Part shown: in pieces, positions 1-6,342 of the stretch
How the letters are laid out: each line of letters begins with the position of its first letter
Position numbering within the stretch: position 1 is the first letter of the stretch
Assembly: GCA_002385605.1 (NCBI GenBank)
Contig: DGDU01000033.1
Location: forward strand, 13,587-77,586
DNA: 64,000 nucleotides
Reading direction: 5' to 3'
From: Christensenella sp. UBA3944
Lineage (GTDB): Bacteria > Bacillota > Clostridia > Christensenellales > DTU072
Translations under genes and position numbers: made by a program
Notes under the pieces: model-generated
What the model saw: the letters and a program-made list of their open reading frames with translations, nothing else
What the model was told of the DNA's origin: nothing
Database searches by the model: none

Positions 1-263
1 AGCCACTCGATTGCCTCGGGGTACTCCATCCTTTCGTGCTCCATAAGGAATGATACGACATTGCCGCTTACGCCGCAGCCGAAACAATGATAATACTGCT
101 CCCTGTGGTTTACGACAAAGGAAGGCGTCTTTTCGTGGTGAAAAGGGCAGCATGCCCAGTACTTATTGCCCCTTCTCTCCAGGTAAATGAACTGGGAAAT
201 AATCTCGACGATATCGGAATTTGAAAGAAGCTGTTCTTTCCAGCTTTCGGAATATGTAGCGAT
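1..263 (-). CDS. dnaG: DNA primase DnaG, N-terminal zinc-finger part; the gene runs off the window start
   Basis: Manual minus-strand translation gives ...ATYSESWKEQLLSNSDIVEIISQFIYLERRGNKYWACCPFHHEKTPSFVVNHREQYYHCFGCGVSGNVVSFL, the CHC2 primase zinc-finger signature. It is absent from the ORF track because it has no in-frame ATG/GTG/TTG and runs off the edge. The start at 263 (ATC) is tentative. Confidence 0.8.
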   Translation of the reverse strand, partial: MATYSESWKEQLLSNSDIVEIISQFIYLERRGNKYWACCPFHHEKTPSFVVNHREQYYHCFGCGVSGNVVSFLMEHERMEYPEAIEW

Positions 264-349
264 AGTAGTTCTCCGTAACCAAAGTACCTTCTTTACACTA
301 CTTATATACGATATGTTTCCGCGGTTTTCCTTGTGTTACGGAGAAATTT

Positions 350-694
350 TTACAAAACTCCCGGGACAGTCAGAAGTTTTTCCCTCAGAGTCCTGTAAAG
401 GCGGGCGATTTCGAACACATACCTTTCCTGCTCGCTTTCCGATAGCGTTGCCATAAGTTCGGGGTCGACAAGCTTACCGATGGCGAAAGCCGTTTCGTTG
501 TTGGACTCGATTTCGCGTATTTTGTCGCAAAGGCCGCTAAGCTCCTCTTTGGTGAGGCTGTGGCTGTTAAGGACAAAGGATTTGTTGTTCAGCCCCAGCC
601 TGTAAAGCTTTTTGGCTTCCTCGTAGTCGTTTTTCAGCATCCGAGCTTTGGCATTTTTAACAATCAACTTATAATCGCTTGTTTTCTTGGACAT
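350..694 (-). CDS. hypothetical protein, 114 aa, predicted helical
   Basis: ORF 350..760 trimmed to the internal ATG at 694, which follows GAGAGGAGAAGTT (SD-like). No family recognised. Confidence 0.55.
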   Translation of the reverse strand: MSKKTSDYKLIVKNAKARMLKNDYEEAKKLYRLGLNNKSFVLNSHSLTKEELSGLCDKIREIESNNETAFAIGKLVDPELMATLSESEQERYVFEIARLYRTLREKLLTVPGVL

Positions 695-890
695 AACTTC
701 TCCTCTCTTTTGTAACCAAATTATAAGATAAGCCGTTTTTTTTGCCCATAATATCGACAAAATATATCAAATTTACGCATTTTTAGGCCAAAATTTCGGG
801 GCTTGGGAAGGAATACAAACCGGACGAATGCGAATAATCAATAAATGCGCTGTTTTTGCGCGAAAAACCTTTAATTCGCGGCAAAAAGGC

Positions 891-920
891 TTGACATTGG
901 CGAATTTTATGTAATATAAT
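891..920 (+). promoter_or_regulatory. sigma-A type promoter of rpsU
   Basis: TTGACA (891-896), 18-nt spacer, TATAAT (915-920), about 30 nt upstream of the rpsU start. Confidence 0.6.
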
Positions 921-952
921 ATGAGCACTCTGAAGCAAAAGGAGGTGAGATT

Positions 953-1129
953 GTGTCCACAGTGTATGTCAAAGATAACGAGACCCTTGACAGCGCCATC
1001 CGCAGATGGAAGAAAAAGTGCGCCAACGACGGAATAATCGGTGACCTCCGCCGCAAAGAGGCATACGAGAAGCCCAGCGTACGCCGCAAGAAGAAAATTG
1101 AGGCAGCGCGTAAGAGAATGTACAAGTAA
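953..1129 (+). CDS. rpsU: 30S ribosomal protein S21
   Basis: GTG start after GGAGGTGAGATT. Translation: [57 protein letters not shown]. Below the 60-aa cutoff, so not in the ORF track. Confidence 0.93.
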   Translation: MSTVYVKDNETLDSAIRRWKKKCANDGIIGDLRRKEAYEKPSVRRKKKIEAARKRMYK

Positions 1130-1135
1130 GAAATC

Positions 1136-1168
1136 AAAAGCGTCTTGATATCAAGGCGCTTTTTGATT
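1136..1168. terminator. bidirectional rho-independent terminator (rpsU, and probably obg)
   Basis: AGCGTCTTGA/TCAAGGCGCT stem with one G-U pair. T5 on the plus side, and an A-run upstream that gives a T-run on the minus strand. Confidence 0.65.
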
Positions 1169-1186
1169 TATAGCTATTAATTCAAC

Positions 1187-1212
1187 GAGCCCCTTTCGGG
1201 GCCCTTTTGCTT
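1187..1212 (+). terminator. second hairpin plus T-tract downstream of rpsU
   Basis: GCCCC-TTTC-GGGGC followed by CCTTTTGCTTT. Confidence 0.45.
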
Positions 1213-1220
1213 TATACGGT

Positions 1221-2480
1221 TTATGCCGTGTACTCAAACTCTATGTCTTGTATCCTGACAGTATCCCCGTCCTTAATCCCTTTTTCCTTTAGGGCGGCTA
1301 TTACGCCCTTGTCGCGCAGGACTTTCTGGAACCAGCGGAAGCTCTCGGGGTCGCTTAAGACAACTTTTCGGGCGAGGTTTTCTATCATGCTGCCCGAAAC
1401 CCGGAATACGCCTTCGCCTTCCTCGGTTATTATAAATTCTTCGGCAACCTTTTCTTCCAGCGAGAAGGGTTCGAACTCTATCGGCCCGGGCGGCGGGAGT
1501 TCCCTTAATTTTTCTGCCATAAGGGCAATAAGGGCGTCTATGCCCTGCGTGGTCGCCGCGCTTATCTCTACCACCTTTTTGCGGCACTTGTTGCGCAAGG
1601 ACTTCAGGTTTTCGTTATCGGCAAGAAGGTCGCACTTGTTGGCTACAACGATTTCGGGAAGCCCTGCGAGCTTTTCGCTGTACTTTTTAAGCTCCTTTCT
1701 GATAGCGGTGTAGTCCTCCGCGGGCGAGCGCCCCTCGCTGCCGCTTACATCGACTACATGCACAATAAGCCTCACCCTTTCTATATGGCGCAAAAACTCG
1801 TGCCCCAGCCCTACCCCTTCGGCGGCGCCGTCTATAAGCCCCGGGATATCGGCAACGACAAAACTGTCGTCGTGATACCTTACAACGCCGAGGTTTGGGG
1901 TAAGCGTTGTAAAGGGGTAATTGTCTATCTTGGGACGGGCGGCGCTTATCACCGAAAGAAGGGTCGATTTGCCCACATTGGGATAGCCCACAAGCCCGAC
2001 ATCGGCTATGGTTTTTAGCTCTAAGACAAGCTTTCTTTCTTTGGTCTTTTCGCCCAGTTCGGAAAAGCCCGGGCTTCTGCGGGTGGGGGTGGCGAATTTT
2101 GCGTTACCCCTGCCGCCCTTTCCGCCCTTAAGCAAAAGTATCCTTTCGCCCTCGTTATAGACATCGGCCACAATGGCGCCCGATTCATAATCCCTTACGA
2201 TTGTGCCTCTCGGGACTTTTAAAATTATATCTTTACCGCTTTTTCCGTATTTGTTGTTCTTGTCGCCCTTCTCGCCGTCGCCCGCGATAAACCTCTTGGT
2301 GTAGCTGAAGTTTATAAGGGTATTCATCGAAGCGTCCGCCTCGATGTAGACATTGCCTCCGTTGCCCCCGTCGCCGCCGTCGGGCCCGCCCTTGGGGACA
2401 TACTTCTGGCGGTGGAAGGATACCGCACCGTCGCCGCCGTTTCCGGCTTTGCATATAATTACGGCTTTATCTAGAAACAT
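1221..2480 (-). CDS. obg: GTPase Obg/CgtA
   Basis: Gly-rich Obg fold (KAGNGGDGAVSFHR, GGPDGGDGGNGG), G1 GYPNVGKST, G3 DIPGLI, C-terminal TGS-like tail. Confidence 0.97.
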   Translation of the reverse strand: MFLDKAVIICKAGNGGDGAVSFHRQKYVPKGGPDGGDGGNGGNVYIEADASMNTLINFSYTKRFIAGDGEKGDKNNKYGKSGKDIILKVPRGTIVRDYESGAIVADVYNEGERILLLKGGKGGRGNAKFATPTRRSPGFSELGEKTKERKLVLELKTIADVGLVGYPNVGKSTLLSVISAARPKIDNYPFTTLTPNLGVVRYHDDSFVVADIPGLIDGAAEGVGLGHEFLRHIERVRLIVHVVDVSGSEGRSPAEDYTAIRKELKKYSEKLAGLPEIVVANKCDLLADNENLKSLRNKCRKKVVEISAATTQGIDALIALMAEKLRELPPPGPIEFEPFSLEEKVAEEFIITEEGEGVFRVSGSMIENLARKVVLSDPESFRWFQKVLRDKGVIAALKEKGIKDGDTVRIQDIEFEYTA

Positions 2481-3117
2481 TTTTGCCTCGCTTGTTAATA
2501 AATTCTTTGTAAGCGGGGCACTCCTCGGTCAGAAGGCAAGCCCCGCAGTCGGGTTTTTGTGAATGGCAGATGTACCGCCCGTGAAACACGAGAAGGTGAT
2601 GAAGCCTTATCCATTGCTCCTCGGGATAAAGCGCCCTCAGGTCGAACTCCACCTTTTCGGGGGTGTTGCCGCTGCTTAACCCCAGCCTGTTTGAAACCCT
2701 GAAAGCGTGGGTATCGACGGCTATGGCGGGTATCTCAAACGCCGCGGCGAGCACAACCGAAGCAGTTTTTCTGCCTACGCCCGCGAGAGCGGTAAGCTCT
2801 TCCATCGTAGAGGGCACGACTCCGCCGTGCTTTTTTACGATATCCGCCGACATAGCTATTATGTTCTTGCCCTTGTTGTTGTAAAAGCCGCAGCTGAAAA
2901 TATACGGCTTAAGGTCCTCGACGTTAAGTGCGGCGAACTGCTCGGGGGTGTTGTAAACCTTAAAAAGCTCTTTTGTCGCCATATTAACCCTTTTGTCGGT
3001 GCATTGGGCGCTCAAAATTACGGCGACAAGCAGCTCGAAGGGCGTGGAGAAATCCAGCTCGCATTTTGCGTTCGGGTGCATCTCGGATAATTTTTTGAAA
3101 ATCGTTTGAGGGTTCAT
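2467..3117 (-). CDS. nth: endonuclease III
   Basis: HhH-GPD motif LTALAGVGRKTASVVL and C-terminal Fe-S cluster CHSQKPDCGACLLTEEC. Start set at ATG 3117 (MNPQTIF...) rather than the upstream TTG at 3144. Overlaps the obg start by 14 nt. Confidence 0.9.
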   Translation of the reverse strand: MNPQTIFKKLSEMHPNAKCELDFSTPFELLVAVILSAQCTDKRVNMATKELFKVYNTPEQFAALNVEDLKPYIFSCGFYNNKGKNIIAMSADIVKKHGGVVPSTMEELTALAGVGRKTASVVLAAAFEIPAIAVDTHAFRVSNRLGLSSGNTPEKVEFDLRALYPEEQWIRLHHLLVFHGRYICHSQKPDCGACLLTEECPAYKEFINKRGKNVSR

Positions 3118-3227
3118 ATTAGTATTATTGCAAAAAAATGGCAATAATGCAATGAATTTACCGACAGAACCCCTCGGATAAAAATAGTTAAATCCTTGAT
3201 TTTAGAGAATTCGTTATGCTTTATGTA

Positions 3228-3252
3228 TAAAGAACGCCTTTTTAAGGCGCTC
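3228..3252 (-). terminator. weak hairpin terminator after the DUF3343-like gene
   Basis: Minus strand CGCCTT-AAA-AAGGCG followed by TTCTTTAT. Confidence 0.35.
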
Positions 3253-3278
3253 TTATCCCCCTCTTAAATATGTTTGGC

Positions 3279-3497
3279 TTATCTCGGGAAGAATCCCGCG
3301 AAGCTTGCCAGCCTGTATTTATCTATAAGTGATTTGGCGAGAGCCTGGTATTCGTGGGGGAAGGTGACGCTAAGGCCGCAGCTTTGCCCCATATATGAGG
3401 GGGTATTTATTACTGCCGCCGCGACACGGTGTTCTTTAAGTGCCGACTGAAGCCTAAGTGCTTCGCTTCTGGACCTGAACGGCGCGAGCGTATTCAT
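3279..3497 (-). CDS. DUF3343-like small protein (putative Se/S carrier-like)
   Basis: 72 aa with the F-S...A..L......TP....CG..V.F pattern typical of DUF3343. Family call is from memory of the motif only. Confidence 0.6.
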   Translation of the reverse strand: MNTLAPFRSRSEALRLQSALKEHRVAAAVINTPSYMGQSCGLSVTFPHEYQALAKSLIDKYRLASFAGFFPR

Positions 3498-3568
3498 ATT
3501 TTCTCCTTCGATAAACGATTGAGGGCAAAACGGTAATATTGCCGTATGCCCCTATAATACACTATATT

Positions 3569-4696
3569 ATGCGGCTAATAAATTTGTGTAAAGGTTACCT
3601 AGACAACGCGGCGACTTCGAGGTATAAACCCCAGTGTGTAATAAGCGCCGTGAAGAAGGAGCTTAAGCAAAGCTCCAACCCGGGAAGGGGCGCGCATAAG
3701 GGAAGCATCGGCTCCGCCCAGAAGATCGAGGAGTGCCGTTTTGAGGTATGCGAGCTTACGGGAATGCCCTACGCCGTTTTTACCAAAAGCTGCACCGAGG
3801 CAATAAACCTCGCGGTTATGGGTATGAACCTCTCGGGCGAGGTAATAACGACGGTATTCGAGCACAACAGCATTTTAAGAACGCTTAAGCGCCTCGAAGC
3901 GCAGGGCAAAATCGATTTGCGCATAATACGCCCGTCGGGCTTTGCGGTGACGGCAAAGGATATACGCCCCTATTTAAGCGCAAAGGCCTCCCTTCTCGCC
4001 ATATCCGAAATGTCCAATGTCACGGGCGCAAGGCACGAGATTGAGGAAATCTCGGCCGCCGCCAAAGAAAAAGGCATACCCGTGCTGTTAGACTGCGCCC
4101 AGTCTTTGGGGCACACCGAAGCCGACTATAAAGATGTCGATATGATAGCGGCAAGCGGGCATAAGGGCTTATACGGCCCGCAAGGGGTGGGCTTTCTGGC
4201 ATTCAGGGAGATAAAATTCAAGCCCCTTATCTGCGGAGGTACGGGCACCGACAGCTTCAACCTTATGCAACCCGAAAGCTATCCCGAAGGCTTCGAGAGC
4301 GGCACGCAAAATACGCCGTGTATCGCCGGGCTTTGCGAGGCAATAAAGTGGACAAGGAAAAACAAGCAAAAAATAGCCCAAAAAATAAAATACCTCTCCG
4401 CCCGCATGGTCGAAGGTCTTAAATCCTTAAACGGCGTAAAGTTGTATTACGAAAACGAAAACGGCGTGGTTTCCTTCAATGTTCGCGACATCCCCTCGGG
4501 CGAGGCCGCAAATATTTTAGACGCCGAATTCGGCATAGCCGTAAGGAGCGGGCTGCATTGCGCCCCCCTTGCCCACCGGTTTTTGGGCACCGAAAAGCAA
4601 GGCGCCGTAAGGGCAAGCGTGGGATGGGGCAACAGGGAAAACGATATAGATTTGCTTTTAGAGGGAATCGAATATATCCTGAAAAACCCGAAGTAA
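3569..4696 (+). CDS. class-V aminotransferase; group-II (SufS/CsdA-like) cysteine desulfurase or selenocysteine lyase-like
   Basis: YLDNAATS N-terminus, PLP lysine in ASGHKGLYGPQG, C-terminal RSGLHCAP active-site Cys motif. Start is ambiguous (ATG 3569, TTG 3584 or TTG 3539). Confidence 0.85.
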   Translation: MRLINLCKGYLDNAATSRYKPQCVISAVKKELKQSSNPGRGAHKGSIGSAQKIEECRFEVCELTGMPYAVFTKSCTEAINLAVMGMNLSGEVITTVFEHNSILRTLKRLEAQGKIDLRIIRPSGFAVTAKDIRPYLSAKASLLAISEMSNVTGARHEIEEISAAAKEKGIPVLLDCAQSLGHTEADYKDVDMIAASGHKGLYGPQGVGFLAFREIKFKPLICGGTGTDSFNLMQPESYPEGFESGTQNTPCIAGLCEAIKWTRKNKQKIAQKIKYLSARMVEGLKSLNGVKLYYENENGVVSFNVRDIPSGEAANILDAEFGIAVRSGLHCAPLAHRFLGTEKQGAVRASVGWGNRENDIDLLLEGIEYILKNPK

Positions 4697-4710
4697 TACC
4701 TCTCATAAAT

Positions 4711-4745
4711 AAAGCCGCCTTTACGGGCGGCATTTTGTTTATTTT
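4711..4745. terminator. bidirectional rho-independent terminator between convergent genes
   Basis: GCCGCC-TTTACG-GGCGGC with T-rich runs on both strands. Confidence 0.65.
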
Positions 4746-5458
4746 ATTATCGCTATCAGCGTGTCGATATCGAATGCCTTCCACGGCACTTCGTCGGAGG
4801 GCGGGAGGACGCGGAATACCATTATATCCTTTGTTACGGGATGGGGGAAGCGCAGTTCGTAAGACCACAAAGCCAGGTTGGCGGAGGCGGGAGATTTGCC
4901 TTTGCCGTACTTCTGGTCACCGAAAAGCGGGGTGCCTATGTTTGCCATCTGCACTCTGGCCTGATGGCTTCTGCCCGTTACAAGCTTTATGTCCACAAGG
5001 GCGTGCCCCATCTTCTCGGTAAGCGTATGATACTCGAGTATAGCGAGCTTGGCGCCTTCGGTGGCAACGGGCACGACAAAAACCTCGTTCTTGGCAACAT
5101 CTTTGTATAAGGCGTTCTTAAGTATGTTTCTCTTCTGTTTGGGTACCCCAACCGTAACAGCCAGGTATCTTTTTTCCATTTCTCCTTCCACAAGGCTCTT
5201 GCTAAGGCGCGCGGCGGATTTGCTGTTTCGGGCAAAGACCATTACCCCGCCGGTGGGCCTGTCCAGCCTGTGAACAAGCCCCAAAAAGGCTTCGCCGGGC
5301 TTGTTGTACTTGGCAGCCACATACTGCTTGAGAAGGTTAAGAAGGTCGTCGTCGCCCGTTTCGTCCTCGCACACGGGCATATTCTGGGGCTTGACGACAA
5401 CAAGAATCTGGTTGTCCTCGTAGACTATATTGATATCTTCGTAATTGTATTTTTTCAT
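4739..5458 (-). CDS. RluA-family pseudouridine synthase
   Basis: Catalytic motif HRLDRPTGGVMVFA, 239 aa, no S4 domain. Confidence 0.9.
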   Translation of the reverse strand: MKKYNYEDINIVYEDNQILVVVKPQNMPVCEDETGDDDLLNLLKQYVAAKYNKPGEAFLGLVHRLDRPTGGVMVFARNSKSAARLSKSLVEGEMEKRYLAVTVGVPKQKRNILKNALYKDVAKNEVFVVPVATEGAKLAILEYHTLTEKMGHALVDIKLVTGRSHQARVQMANIGTPLFGDQKYGKGKSPASANLALWSYELRFPHPVTKDIMVFRVLPPSDEVPWKAFDIDTLIAIIK

Positions 5459-5470
5459 GGCTTGCTCCGG

Positions 5471-6340
5471 TTACTTAAACGATGTTATGCAGGTGGTGCC
5501 GCAGGGAAGGATTATCCTCGGGTCGCCCGTGGGAAGCCCGAGTTCGAAAGCCTCGGTTTCTCCCGTAAGCCCGTCCAACCCTAAGCTTGCGATATTTTTC
5601 ATTACGGTGGGCTGTAAGCCGGTTGTGTAGCTGTTTATGAGATAAAACAAAGGCTTGTCCGAAAGCACCTGCCTTGTGAGGCAAACAAGGTCGTAAATTT
5701 TGTCCTCCAGCTTCCATGTTTCGCCCTTTGGGCCCCTGCCGTAGCTGGGCGGGTCCATAATTATTGCGTCGTACCGCCTGCCCCTCTTTATCTCCCTTTC
5801 GACGAACTTTACGCAGTCGTCCACGATGTACCTTATAGGAGCGTCCGAAAGCCCGCTTAATCTTGCGTTTACCCCCGCTCTCTCGCACATTGCTTTTGCG
5901 GCGTCAACATGGCATACCGACGCCCCAGCGCTCGCGGCGGCGAGCGTTGCCCCGCCCGTATAAGCGAAAAGGTTAAGGACGCTTATCGGGCGCCCCGCGC
6001 CTTGTATCATAGATATTATTCTTGCCCAGTTGGAGGCCTGCTCGGGGAAAACCCCCGTGTGCTTAAAGCCCATAAGCTTAAGTGAAAACTTAAGGCTTCT
6101 CCAGTTTACAAAAAACTCGTCGGGTACGCGCCTCAGGATTTTCCACGCCCCGCCGCCCGAGGAGCTTCTCTCGTAAACGGCGTGCAGGCCTTCGTACTTT
6201 CGCATATCGAAGGGCGCCCGCCAGATAATCTGCGGGTCGGGGCGGAGAAGTATTATTCCTCCGAAATCCTCTAGCTTATATCCGTCGCCCGTGGCTATAA
6301 CCCTATAGTCACGCCACGACGCATTGGTGTCTGTATTCAT
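5471..6340 (-). CDS. class I SAM-dependent methyltransferase (RlmI/RlmK catalytic-domain-like)
   Basis: LNLFAYTGGATLAAA (SAM motif I) and IIMDPPSYG (DPPxY motif). Confidence 0.8.
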   Translation of the reverse strand: MNTDTNASWRDYRVIATGDGYKLEDFGGIILLRPDPQIIWRAPFDMRKYEGLHAVYERSSSGGGAWKILRRVPDEFFVNWRSLKFSLKLMGFKHTGVFPEQASNWARIISMIQGAGRPISVLNLFAYTGGATLAAASAGASVCHVDAAKAMCERAGVNARLSGLSDAPIRYIVDDCVKFVEREIKRGRRYDAIIMDPPSYGRGPKGETWKLEDKIYDLVCLTRQVLSDKPLFYLINSYTTGLQPTVMKNIASLGLDGLTGETEAFELGLPTGDPRIILPCGTTCITSFK

Positions 6341-6342
6341 AG

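Noticed and set aside
760-890. A possible small ORF or structured RNA in the spacer upstream of rpsU (for example ATGCGAATAATCAATAAATGC...).
   Set aside because: The ORF has 15 codons, no SD and no terminator. No convincing nested pairing was found.
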